A DNA stretch of 64,000 nucleotides from Chrysemys picta bellii (taxonomy: Eukaryota): contig NC_088795.1 in the NCBI RefSeq assembly GCF_011386835.1, positions 16,802,001 to 16,866,000 on the forward strand. The letters are read 5' to 3'. Shown here piece after piece: positions 51,272 through 63,898 of the stretch (positions within the stretch are counted from its first letter, which is position 1; the number at the start of each line of letters is the position of its first letter). A model generated the notes under the pieces. It searched no databases. It saw nothing but the letters and a program-made list of their open reading frames with translations, and had not been told where the DNA came from. The translations under genes were made by a program, and so were the position numbers.

Positions 51272-51875
51272 CTGCGAATAATTAGAAAACAAGACCAAAG
51301 GTTGTTCAATCAATAAATGATGCTAAAAATCACATTGACAATTGGTAAAACTAATAGGTTTTGATGTTCTGTATGTCCCATTGTATAAAAGGGCTACAGT
51401 GTGACCCTGAAATTAAAACATGAAAAAAAAAAATCATTTCCGCTCATAAACATTGTGCAGAGACAAATTTAAAATCACAACGAAAGCTGTGCTTTGGTAA
51501 CCAATATGGTATGCCTAAGTGACGCTATGCTTTGGGGACTCAGATTCAAGAGGAATGTTTCAGATGGAGCTTATACTGCAAACAAAGGTCCATGTACCAA
51601 CTCTAGAACAGTTCACTGGAAATTGTGTCATACTTTTTGAAGTTTACTTAGCTTGCTCGCCTGCATTTACTTAGCTTCCAGGCACACGCAAATTAAAGAA
51701 GAATTCTACCAAGATCCACAACTTTATTTCTGCAAGCAGCATAATGGAATGATACACCTTCATACGTACTGACAGGAGGTAATTCATGAGCCGGAGGGTG
51801 CTAAAACAGTATTACAATAATTAATTAAAGTCCGTTTTCTAAATAAAAAAAAATCTGTTCATTCTTTCAGCATTT

Positions 51876-52100
51876 GTAGGATGTTCTTGTGGTTAAAGCA
51901 ATGAACTGGGATTCAGGAGAGCTGGGTTCAATTCCTGGCTTTGCCACAGACCCTGTGTGTGACCTCAGGGAAGTCGTTTAACCTTTATGGGTTGCAGTTC
52001 CTCATTTGTAAAAAGTGGACAACACTGTTTCTCGGTTTTACTGGAAAACCGAAAGGATAAATCCACCAATGACTGTGAGGTGCTCAGATACTATGGGGAC
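51876..52100 (+). mobile_element. MIR/CORE-SINE-like element
   Basis: tRNA-like head (tggttaaagca ... gggttcaattcctggc), core gtgacctcagggaagtcgtttaacc, ctcatttgtaaaa. Confidence 0.7.
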
Positions 52101-53109
52101 GGGGCTGTGGAAGCAAGTAGGCAGAAGTAAAGGAAATATTTTGAATGCAGTCAGTAGTAGCAAAAATAAAAGGATTACATTAAGAGGGCCACAGCCTCAG
52201 ATTCTCAGTCAGTTTTCACTTGGGCAAACTTCTAATGAAGTCAATGGGCATTTGCCCTAGTAAGGAGATTGTCATTTGGCCCAGAATGCACAGAACACAA
52301 CAAATACAGATGACAATGAGGGAGAGTGAGGGATTGGCTAGGAAAGTATTTCCAGACTGCATGAAACCCTTCCTTAGGGCAGACAAAGAAAGAAAGAATT
52401 GGAACACCACCCAGCCCGAATGCCATGCACAAGTCATTTGTTCCACTGATTAAGTTTCTCTACGTTTAGAAGCTTTACTCCAGAAGTACAATATGTAGAT
52501 GTAAATTTCAATTTGCATTCAGCAACTGATATCCATATTGACAGTTGCAATTGCAAAGGAAGAGATTCTGTGTTAAATAGACGGAAGAGAACAAGTTACG
52601 TAAGGCAATACAATCTGTTTGATCCAAATATTTTACATTCAGCAGCTATAGAAACAACTTGAAACTGATTATGTATGAATGCAGATTATAAGCCACATAC
52701 TTAGTGCTTGCCAGAAATGAGTGGCAGCATGTCCACAGGCATTAATGTTCTGCTTGCCAAGAAACAAACAGCAACTGAAGTTCCAGTTTCTGAAACAGAT
52801 TTCACATTGCAAAAATAGCTCTTGTACAATCAGCTCAGTTTTATCCAGTATGTCTCATGACCAGGCCTCACAGGACACACTGGCACCTCCAGGCCTCTTT
52901 TTGCAGTTGGTTCTGATGAAATCTTTGGCAACAAAAATTGTCCCTTCTGCAGCAGCAGGGAGCAGGTCACTATCTATCTTCCAGTACCAAAGCAGGCATT
53001 GTAACAAGGGGGTTCATGCTACCATCACCCCCACCCCACCCCCGCCCACTCCCAGAACTATCCAGGACTCTGCAGCTCTCCCCAGTTCTGTACCTGTTGC
53101 TGTAGCCAC

Positions 53110-53240
53110 CAGATTGTAAATTGTTCAGGGCAGGGAGCGTCTTTCTATGTGTTTGTACAGTGCCTACCATAACGGGGCTAGGATTGCTGGTTGGGGTCCC
53201 TAGGCCCTGCTGCAGTACAAATAAATAATCATCATAATAA
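53110..53240 (+). mobile_element. L2-type 3-prime tail fragment
   Basis: agattgtaaattgttcagggcaggga...tttgtacagtgcct...taataat. Confidence 0.6.
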
Positions 53241-54188
53241 TGAATTCTAGAGCTCTGCAGGGCTCTCTTATGATTTAAGTCACACAAAAGGTGGAGGGAG
53301 CGGGCGGGGGGAAATCAATCCGTTCACTACAGTCTGTAACTTGCAGCCTGTCTGTGTTTGGGCTGAATGATTACAAATATAACATCTCTTCTCAATTCAA
53401 CATATGTGCTGCATCACACCTCTGTCTTTTAGAAAAGGCATATTTAATCTATAATAGCTACCCTGTCTGTTCTTTCTTCTGCGCATCGTAATTACTTAGA
53501 TAATATCTCCACAAGCAGCATAAAGCAAGTAACACCCTTCTTACAAGGCTTCCATCATGTCTTGTCTAACCTAGATTGTAAACTCCTAAGGTCAAGGATC
53601 ATCGGTGAAATCCTGGCCCTACTGAATTCAATGGGAGTTCTGCCATTCACCCCATGTCTTTCCTCTCTGTGGTCCCAGTTCTGCTTCCCTTTCTCACAGT
53701 GAATAGTACCCTCCCAGGAGTACACCCATTTATTTCAGCGGGTCTATTCATGAAGTCAGGTGCTATTTAATATGAGTAAGGGTGGCGGACTCAGGTCTGA
53801 CATACGACTTAAAGAATACTGTTCACTCTGCATTGATTGCACTGCCGTCACTGGACTGCGTGGTGCACGACTCAATTCAGAATTTGGTCTGGACAATCTA
53901 AGGATGCAATAGTACTAAGCACTGAGACTCAACGTAAAATAAACTACAACATACCAGCATCTGCCATTGGCTGAGCACACACCTTGACTTTCCCTCTTTA
54001 GTTGGTCTAGTGTAGCTCTGCAATTCTTCATGCGGACTGAATTATTACATGGCATTTATCAGCTGAACAGATGCTGACAACACTGGAAGCCCTAGTCCAG
54101 ACAACCCAACAGCTACCGACACTGTTTTTGACACCGTGTCATGTAACCCTGCCATGATATAGCACTGAAAATGGTGTCAGCAGCCAAT

Positions 54189-54264
54189 GGCCTGTCTACG
54201 CTACGGCTCTGAATGTTGCTAACATGTTAGCAATTTTAAAAGTCTTGCTAATGAAGACAAGACC
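54189..54264. mobile_element. Very short Harbinger-type MITE with an internal perfect 18-bp palindrome
   Basis: ggcctgtctacgcta ... taatgaagacaagacc; palindrome ttgctaacatgttagcaa at 54216-54233. Confidence 0.5.
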
Positions 54265-55726
54265 ATAGATGGTACTCTCTGTCAAGATACATGGCCTGAT
54301 TGAACGTCCATTAAAGACAATGGATATTACAAACTTCCATTAACTGGATCAAGCCCCTACAAGGATACGTCACAGAAAAAGAAACAGACTGACTTCGTAG
54401 CAGAGACCAACTTCCTTTTCATTAGTGTGAACAAATGTATTTCTGACAGGCACAAAGAGAGGGAACAAAATGTTACTTGATAGTGATGGAGAGCACATCT
54501 GAAAAAATATGCTGAAGATAATGCTGAATGCCAGTTCTTGCTAGCGAAAGGCTTTGCCCTTGGAAATTAATACTGCTGAGGTCAGTGTTGGCTGGAATTG
54601 TCTGCTACATAAGCCTCAGGTCACACAAGTTAAATTCGACAGAGGATTACTCTGATTTGTGAACCTGAGTTTTTCGAATTGGGGCTCTAAGTTCTTTTAG
54701 GCCAGTTCCAATTTCTTATTTATTTACCATCCCACTCTGGCATCTCGCATTATTAGTCAAGATAGCTTGAGTACATCACCATCAACTGGCCTTTGAGAGT
54801 AGACTCTGATTCCCAGTAAGTACATCCCCCAAAAACATTTATGAGGGATTGTCAATGTCTTCTCCAACAAAATGCAGCTGTACCACAAAATTGCTATAAT
54901 CCAACAGGTGTATTAGGAAGCACACGCATACTTGTTGAAGGAGAAAATGTGTCATTTGACAAAAACAGGGAAGTTTCATCCCAAATCTGTGCACAATATG
55001 CTCCACGCGCTACCTAGAATAACCTCTGCATATCCCCCTCCTCAGCTGAATCACATAAATTAATGAGAAGCTCTCTACCTACATGTGCTTTTCACACATC
55101 TTAGCTCAGTTAATAAATGCAAACTTCCCACAAAACTCCCTTCCAGAGGTAACTGGCAAATTTTCATTGATGTGATACTATGCGCTTCTACTACAATATT
55201 TGGGGCTCATTTGTCGTCTCAGTATGAAAAAGGTGGGTAACTGGAAAATTAGGTGCATCTTCTGAATGTTACATGTGCAGCACAACAGTCTGTATACCGC
55301 TCTGGCTGGCTACATTCTGGCAGACCTTCCATGCTAAAATAAATGAGTGTAAAGTTAAGCATGTAGAAATGCTTTGCTGGGTTGGTTCTTGCGTGCATTC
55401 ATGATATGCATGTGCAACAGAATACGGAGAGAAGCCACATACCATACAAGCATCATACATAAAGACTGTGGGCCTGATCCTGTGGTCCTCACTCATGCAA
55501 AGTATTCAGTAACATCAAATGGAGTTCTGCCTAAGTGAAGACAGCAGGATCACACCCCGTACATATGGCCAAAGGTCTGAGTCAAACACTAATTATAGTT
55601 GGCAGAAGCTAGGATATGGAAACTACAGTTATATCTGCCAGCACAAGGCAGCCACGGGAGTATACAAAGTATATTGTGATGCCTGTATCATGTGCTTTTC
55701 CTGGCCACCGGTTTTTGATAAAATTA

Positions 55727-55806
55727 TACTGTTCTGTGGCTAAAGAGGATTTTAGTCTCCAGGGCTGTCAATATGGCACGTCTCACCAACACGAAGTTCC
55801 CTTTAA
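55727..55806 (+). mobile_element. LF-SINE-like 3-prime fragment
   Basis: tactgttctgtggctaaagaggattttagtctccagggctgtcaatatggcac matches the recalled LF-SINE 3-prime end. Confidence 0.65.
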
Positions 55807-56202
55807 CTTTAGGTTTTTACTTCTAGGGTGTGTTCATACCATGTGTGTCAATACAGTTGAAATATGTTGTAAAAATCAGTATGAACTGTACTTTGTAAAC
55901 GACTAGCATTCAATTAATTAAAATACAGTAAAACTTCACTGACTTGAACAAATGACTGGAAATTCATTGTGGTTTACTGAGATTTGTGAATTAGCAAGTA
56001 ACAAAACACAATTCCTAACAAATCAAAGATACTGCGTCACTCAATGGTACTAAGTCCCTAATACTGCAATGTGCTGAGCCCCTCATCTCCTGCTGGAGCC
56101 AATGGGAGTCAAAGATGCTGAGTTGTTCTCAGCTGTTGGACTCCTTAATATTTAGAATCAAAGTTTTTCAAAGCGTATCTGCATTAAAAATATCTCTACT
56201 CA

Positions 56203-56497
56203 GGGCTGGTCCACATTAACCCCCCAGTTTGAACTAAGATACGCAACTTCAGCTACGTGAATAACGTAGCTGAAGTCGAAGTATCGTAGTTCGAACTACA
56301 AGGTACTTACCGCGGGTCCATTCGCAGCAGACAGGCTCCCCCGTCGACTCCGCATACTCCTCTCGCGGAGCAGGAGTACCGGTGTCAACGGCGAGCACTT
56401 GCGGGATTGATTTATCGTGTCTAGACAAGACGCGATAAATCAATCCCAGAAGATCGATTGCTTACCGCCGAACCCAGAGGTAAGTATAGACGTACCC
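56203..56497. mobile_element. Harbinger/PIF-type MITE with TCA TSD (intron 3), opposite orientation to the 50635 copy
   Basis: gggctggtccacatt ... agtatagacgtaccc; TCA at 56200-56202 and 56498-56500. Confidence 0.82.
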
Positions 56498-57108
56498 TCA
56501 GTCATGTACATACAGTTACTGTGATTACTTCCCATCTTCCTCATCTTCTTTCACAACCCCCAATGAATCACAAAAGGGTAATTTTTTTTCAGTATTTGCG
56601 TGCACTGATGCCTCAGGAAATATTGGATGACAGAAAGGAAAGGAAGAGGAACTCACTTATAACGAAATATGCTCCTCCAGAACTCTCTTTTCTAGAATTG
56701 ATTTTCATAGAAAAATGTTTTAACTCCTTCACACGACTGAGAACATACTACACCGACTCACTGAAACAGCACTGTGCTTCTGTGGAGGGATGCCAAAATT
56801 CTGCCTAGGCATTCAAAATAGTGTGAACTACTGTATCAATCGTGACTGTCAGTGTTCAGGAAGGAATATGGCATTGAAAAGAATCAAGCGTCCATTGAAA
56901 TCAAGAGAAAGCCTCCCATTGACTTCAACAGGTGCTGCAGCAGGCCTAAAACGCCTTATCCTGCACTCTCTGAAGTAATTTAGAGTTGTGATCTATAACC
57001 TCACCCCTCTCTACATCTGCCCATAGCGTAGACCAAAAATTCAAGTCAAGTCAATTTTTCAAGTCAGGCCACTTTTTCAGCTGCCGAAGTATGGATTTAG
57101 ACGAATAA

Positions 57109-59661
57109 CACTGGTCTACAATTTTTGAGAAGTCGCCTGCTTCAGAGATGAAATGTGCTATTTATTATGTATTTTGATGTGCTGAATTCAAATATGACAA
57201 CTAAAACAACTGATTGGCTACTGTTTCTAAGATATTTAAGTTTTTACATTTTATGTCTATGTATATTGTGTAGATAATAGAGTTTTAATCATAAATTGTA
57301 AACCTAGGTCTTTTCATGTGTTTATGGTTGCTTTACATGATAATATTTCACCTGTCCTGTTTATGTTACACTTTAAAAATCAGCAAAAGGGTTATATAAA
57401 TAAAATTTATTATGAAACAAAAGGCAAAAAACTATTATGTACATAGTTTAGTCCTATTCAGTGTCTGCTCGGCGCTTCTTGGCTTGTCTCTTGTATTCAT
57501 TAAATGGAGCATCTCTTGTCACTGTCCAGCAATAGTCTGCAAGCATTGATGGGCTCCATTTGCCCTGATAGCGTTTCTCCATTGTTGCAATGTCCTGGTG
57601 AAATCGCTCGCCATGCTTGTCGCTCCCTGCTCCGCAGTTCAGTGGAAAAAAATCTAGATGAGAGTGCAAAAAATGTATCTTTAGTGACATGTTGCAACCA
57701 AGGCTTTTGTATGCCTTGAGGAGGTTTTCCACCAACAACATGTAGTTGACTGCCTTGTTGTTTCTGAGAAAATTTATTGCCACTAACTGGAAGGCTTTCC
57801 ATGCCGTCTTTTCCTTGCCACGCAGTGCATGGTCAAATGCATCATCTCGAAGAAGTTCACGAATCTGAGGACCAACAAAGACACCTTCCTTTATCTTAGC
57901 TTCACTTAACCTTGGAAATTTTCCACAGAGGTACTTGAAAGCTGCTTGTGTTTTGTCAATGGCTTTGACAAAGTTCTTCATCAGACCCAGCTTGATGTGT
58001 AAGAGTGGTAACAAAATCTTCCTTGATTCAACAAGTGGTGGATGCTGAACACTTTTCCTCCCAGGCTCCAATGACTGTCGGAGTGGTCAATCTTTCTTGA
58101 TGTAGTGGGAATCTCTTGCACGACTATCCCATTCGCAGAGAAAACAGCAGTACCGTCAGTACCTTGTGTATCCAGTCTGCAGACCAAGCAAGAGAGCAAC
58201 AACCTTCAAATCACCACAAAGCTGCCACTGATGTTGGTCATAGTTTATGCACCTCAAAAGTTGTTTCATGTTGTCATAGGTTTCCTTCATATGGACTGCA
58301 TGACCAACTGGAATTGATGGCAAAACATTGCCATTATGCAGTAAAACAGCTTTAAGACTCGTCTTCGATGAATCAATGAACAGTCTCCACTCATCTGGAT
58401 CGTGAACGATGTTCAGGGCTGCCATCACACCATCCATGTTGTTGCAGGCTACAAGATCACCTTCCATGAAGAAGAATGGGACAAGATCCTTTTGACGGTC
58501 ACGGAACATGGAAACCCTACCATCACCTGCCAGGAGATTCCACTGCTGTAGTCTGGAGCCCGACAGCTCTGCCTTACTCTTGGGTAGTTCCAAATCCCTG
58601 ACAAGGTCATTCAGTTCACCTTATGTTACGAGGTGTGGTTCAGAGGAGGAGGATGGGAGAAAATGTGGGTCCTGTGACATTGATCGTTCAGGACTAGAAA
58701 TTTCATCCTCTTCCTCGTCTGACTCAAGTGAGAATGATTCTGGTGCATCAGGAACCGGCAGTCCTTCTCTGTGGGGTACTGGGCGTATGGCTGATGGAAT
58801 GTTTGGATAATGCACAGTCCACTTTTTCTTCTTTGACACACCTTTCCCAACTGGAGGCACCATGCAGAAGTAACAATTGCTGGTATGATCTGTTGGCTCT
58901 CTCCAAATCATTGGCACTGTAAAAGGCATAGATTTTCTTTTCCTGTTCAACCACTGGCGAAGATTTGTTGCACAAGTGTTGCAGCATATGTGTGGGGCCC
59001 ACCTCTTGTCCTGATCTCCAATTTTGCAGCCAAAATAAAGGTGATAGGCTTTCTTAACCATAGTGTTTATACTGTGCTTTTGTGATGCAAAAGTCACTTC
59101 ACCACAAACATAGCAGAAATTATCTGCACTGTTCACGCAAGTATGAGGCATCTCTGCTCACTTTGGCTAAACAGAAATGTGTCCCTTTGCAAAATCAAAC
59201 ACTGACAAATAAGAGAGCACGACACTGTATGATTTCTAGAGCTGATATAGGGCAATTTGTTCAGCAGAGTGATGTAAGCTTCGTTATGATTGCATCATCT
59301 ACGACTTCTAGGAATAACATGCTGCAATTCATATCATGTATGATGCAATACCAGCTTCAGATTGCATCATTCATTGTTTTGCCTAAAAAGCAAGTACTGT
59401 CCAAACCCAGTCATAGATTTATTCATAGATCCAGTCGAAGATGTATTTTAGTCATTTCTGGTTTAAATTGAGATCCCTTCCCTTTATAACTCACTTATCC
59501 TCCGCCATTCCCAAGTCAAGGGTTGTATATACTGACCCAATAGCATATCTTGAAAACTAGAGCCAATCAACAATTTTAAGCATCATTTTCATTCTCAGTG
59601 ACCCAGAATTAGTCAAGTTTGACTACATTTATTTCAGAAGCATTTTGGCTGTAGAGCAGTG
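57109..59661 (-). mobile_element. Full-length Chapaev3-type DNA transposon (CMC superfamily), 2553 bp, in ANTXR2 intron 3
   Basis: TIRs CACTGGTCTACA (57109-57120) and TGTAGAGCAGTG (59650-59661), 11/12 match; TAA target duplication at 57106-57108 and 59662-59664; internal transposase. CAC..GTG ends with a 3-bp TWA TSD are the described Chapaev3 hallmarks. Confidence 0.85.
57454..59151 (-). pseudogene. Chapaev3-type transposase pseudogene (single frame, 566 codons including the terminal stop, three premature stops)
   Basis: Track ORFs 58621..59151, 58156..58593 and 57454..58071 share one frame. Internal stops: TAA 58621-58623, TGA 58156-58158, TGA 58087-58089. Motifs: N-terminal Cys/His region (CYVCG, HICCNTC, WREPTDH, CYFC), likely DDE residues in FIDSS, CGDLK and HGERFH, plus CFLC and LHIKLG. 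Confidence 0.88.
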
Positions 59662-60639
59662 TAATTTGAGGCACCCAGTTCTGCAAATCTTGCCTTATAC
59701 CTCTGGTAATAATACTGTTTTCTTGACTTGCTTATTTATTATAAAAACCAATAAACAAACTGAACATAATAAAACATGCCTTAGTGTTACTCAACTGCAA
59801 GAAGGCAGAGAGAGAGGAACGCCTCACTTCAGTCCCTCACAAGTTGTTTATGTGGCTTAATTACTTCACAAATTGTTCATAATCCAAGAATTGTTCCTTA
59901 TATAATTTGAAATGAGCTACCCATCAGCATTTTCTCAAACTACTTAACTGCTCTGTTTTGGGGCTTTTCATGCTGTTTTGACATGGTTCAAAAGGCACAT
60001 GTGGGAAAAATATCAGAGTTTTCAGTAGTTTGACATGAGATCAATCTAACGTGGTGACCTTGAAAACACTGCAATGACTCTCTGCAGGAAGCAATGTTCT
60101 GTAATGTAGATTTCCTGTTGTTTCTGATGTGACTTTTTCTACTAGTTCACTTTGCAACAGTCTCCCCTTCTAACGGTGTATTTTTCTCTTCTGTTTCCTT
60201 TTTTTCCTTCCTAGCTTTCCCTCCAACCTTTCCCTGACTTTCCCAGAAGTGGTCATTTTTTTCTTCCCTTTGAAAACAAAGCAAGCAGTCTCTTCTTATG
60301 CCAGCACGGATATGCAAATCAAATGACAAGAGGTGCAGCAAACAACTCCTCAACCCTCTCTTCAACTCAAGGCAATAAACAGCAACTACAAGGTCCATCA
60401 GACCTCCACTGATTCAGGCTGGTCCCAGATACCAGCACACCTTCTAATGCCTATTTGGAAATCAATAAAATTGTTTTCAGAATTTTTATTTTAAAAAATC
60501 CTGGTTTTATGTACCTTTTCCATATCAAATGTAACATTTATCGGAGATATTAATTTAATGTAACAAGGTTTGTCTTGAACGCAGCATTTACACAGAGCTT
60601 CTGCATCCCTGGATTTCAGTTTACAAAGACGAGCAAGCA

Positions 60640-60750
60640 TCATTATCTCCATTTTGCAAATGAAGAAACTGAAGCATACGGAGGTGAAGTGGCTTGCCTG
60701 TGATCACACATCAAGATAGTGGCAGAGTTGAGACAAAGAACCTAGATCAT
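60640..60750 (-). mobile_element. MIR/CORE-SINE-like fragment
   Basis: attatctccattttgcaaatgaagaaactgaagcatacggaggtgaagtggcttgcc; boundaries approximate. Confidence 0.65.
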
Positions 60751-60938
60751 TTAACTCCCTCGCTCATTCTGACTTAGTGGTCCATCCATTGGGATGTTCA
60801 CAAAAATAAACCCAGACATGAACTGTTGCCTTATGATTCTGAGGTTTCCATACTGGCTGCCCCTTGAAAGTATCAATCATTTTGCTAACATCATCTGATC
60901 TAGTAAAAGCCCTAAAAAAAAAGGAATAATGAACTAAC

Positions 60939-61010
60939 CTGTCTCCAGTTAATGGCATAATGGCTTGTGCTTGGGTGGAAAACACTATGAAGGATAATCT
61001 CATCCGAGGG
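60939..61010 (-). CDS. ANTXR2: ANTXR2 exon 3 (72 nt): (S)PRMRLSFIVFSTQAQAIMPLTGD(R)
   Basis: Acceptor ttttctttaaaag, donor gttagt; embedded in track ORF 60764..61003. Confidence 0.95.
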
Positions 61011-63898
61011 CTTTTAAAGAAAAGAAAAATACATACATTTTAGACAAATGAAAAGAAAACCTTGTACAGTATATCCATCCATCATCTTTTTGCCTGCCTT
61101 TATTAGCGTTATTCTCATCATCTTATTTCCAAAGCATACACTTTCAAACTACAAATCAAGAATGTGCAGAAGAAAAAGGGAATTAATAAGCTGTTTACTT
61201 CTTGAGCTCATACCTCTCTTGTCCTGGTGTTCTGCAAAATGCAGAAGCAAAATTATTGTTTTCTTTCTTGCTTTATCATAGGCAGTAAATAAACACAAGT
61301 TAAACTGAGGTATTTAACATCAAAAATTCATGCACAGAACTGCAGTTTGCATATTGCAATAGAATGAGGCTTCACATTTTTAAGGCATGCATGTACATTT
61401 TTGTATTCACCCAACTATGGGTGCGTATGCAACTCGGGGATTTGCAAACACCCATTTTTGCACATGTGCAATTCTAATTTATGCACATGCACTGGTTGTT
61501 ATGGGCATTTTGGGACCTGTGCAAAAGCGAGCTTACATTTTAAAAGTTTGGGCCTGACACAATTTAAGACTCTGGACCAAATTCATATCGGGTGTGAGAA
61601 GGCACAATACTAGTAATATTAAAGTAGCAGCACCCACTTATTCCAGGTCTGAATTTGGCTATTTCTTTTAAAACAAAGTTTAATTATCTGCAGTTTCTCA
61701 ATGAGCAGGTTCCAATGTTCTTCAAAGATATCTGTACTAGATAAAAGGAATTCTCTCAAAAGGATTATTGGGCAAATGTATGCCATAATCAGCAATATGA
61801 CCTAAACACACATTTAGTAAGGGAGCAATCTTTTCCCTTGATGTAGATTCTTAACTCCTCTCATGTTAAGAGGAATTATACAACAGACATCAGTTGAAGA
61901 CTAGTCCCCCGTCCCCCCCCCAAGACTGATTGATGCTTTTGATGGCCAAGACAGTGACATTTGTAAAATGGGTTCTAACAGCATCTCACCTCTCCTTTTT
62001 GAAATCATAACATTTTAATTTATAAATGTATCAGAGAAATATACACTGAAAATTATTATAAGATTCATAATATTTGTGTGGCTATGTGAATGTATTAGGT
62101 TAACATTAATAAGGATAAACATCAGTATAATTTGAATTATTATATTTTAGTTCATGTGTGTTAATTTTTAAAACTTTTTGTCTGATCATAAGTATCAGAG
62201 AAATTATAATGTGAATATGTGACAGATCTGCAGCATGTTACTTTGATTTAAGGCACTGTCCTAGTCCTTCCACTGAGGTTTTACCTGAGAAAAGACAAAA
62301 AGTCCATTTAGTTGTCACAAGCAGTTGTCAAAGAGACAACACAATGCTTTCAGTCTGAAATACTTTGGATAACATAAGCAGCTAATGAAGATCACAAGAG
62401 GGATCTTTTCATTTGAGATGTGAGTCCTTTGAGTTACCTCAGAGTTATGAATGGATTTGACTATCTGAATTGGTCATTAAGAAATACATAAAATATCCTC
62501 TTCATCAAACATCCTTTATTTCATTTCACTATCCGAGCATTCAGACTCTAGAGTGATGTGTGGGGGCAATATACCTACATACATACACAGTCATAGGCAT
62601 GTAACACAGGAAATAAATGTGTGATATTACTGCTGCAGGCCTACATCCTGCCAACCAATCAAAATGGAAAGCAGATGTACAGCTCACACTGGTATCATCT
62701 AATTTTTAGAATGACCCTGTTCAGTGTTTTCACTGCATGCTGAACTGAACAGCCTCAGACAACTACTAAACAATTCTCTGCTGTTCTTTCCACAACTAAT
62801 ATTTTTAAATTAAAAAGGGGGGGGGGGTCTGATTGTCATGTATAATAAGGGCACTATACACTACTCAGGCAGCATAAAAGAGCCTTAATATGGGTGTAAG
62901 TCATTTAGAAAATCAGGCTCATACATTCTGTGTTCTTCAGCTGATCGTGCCAGACCAACACTCTAATCCAGCTGTTGCAAAAGGGAGTGTCACTTGGCTG
63001 CAGAAGAGGATGCACCAGTGGCTTTGTAATGAACAAATACACCCTTTTTTCACCAATAACAGAAGGGAAGAATGGCCAAAGCCTCTTCAGAGTCTCTCAA
63101 ACTTTCAACTTTGTCACCCAGGCTTCTTTTACATACAATTTGACCCTAGCAAGATGGATGGAAGCAATATTTAATTATGCAACCCTTATTCATGTTCTCT
63201 TCATTAGCTGGCCAAGCTTACAATTGCCTACTGTATTTCATTTTCCACAGGAAAAAATTAACTCCCATAACATCCTGTATTCTGTGGGTGGTTATTTTTT
63301 TTTTTAAAGGAAGGTGTTTCATTACACTCGTTCTTAATTTAAACAAAAATATAACAAGCCAAATTGTAACAGCAACATTTGTCAGAGGGGAAGAATTGTT
63401 GTTTATAAATAAAGTTAGTTGCATATATACAATGCATATATTAAACTGGCGCAAACTTTAAACACATGCCTGCACTTGAGAAGCAAAAGCGTTCCCTTAC
63501 TTTTAGGCTGGATCACATATTCACTTTACATTTCCTGATCTCTTTATCGTGACCTCTAAAATTAGGATAATGCTAAACAATAGATGCAAAGAAATAATAT
63601 ATCAGAATCCACTGATGTTGTTTCTGGGAGAAGCAATGTTAAAAAAAATAATCAAATCAAATATAAGATCAAATTAAGAATCTAATATTTAAAGATCCTT
63701 CCAGATTAACATTTTACTAAGTTGCAAACATGGTGACATCATAAAGTGAGAGTTTATTGTCCAGTTTATCTGAATACTAGAGTTCAAATGCTTTATATGC
63801 TTATGACAGGTTTACAGCCGATAACCTTCCAGAAGGATTTGTTTTGTAACATACCCCAATATCAATTAAAAGCAGAAGCTACCAAAGGGAAAACATAC

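Noticed and set aside
59151-59170. In-frame ANTXR2 exon 3-transposase fusion through AG sites just upstream of the transposase ATG
   Set aside because: Exon 3 ends in phase 2. The candidate AGs lie 15, 9, 5, 2 and 0 nt before the ATG, and none gives the required offset of 1 mod 3. The best acceptor reaches a stop within about ten codons.
57500-59471. Additional ORFs overlapping the transposase on both strands
   Set aside because: Shadow frames of the transposase coding region; no independent motifs.
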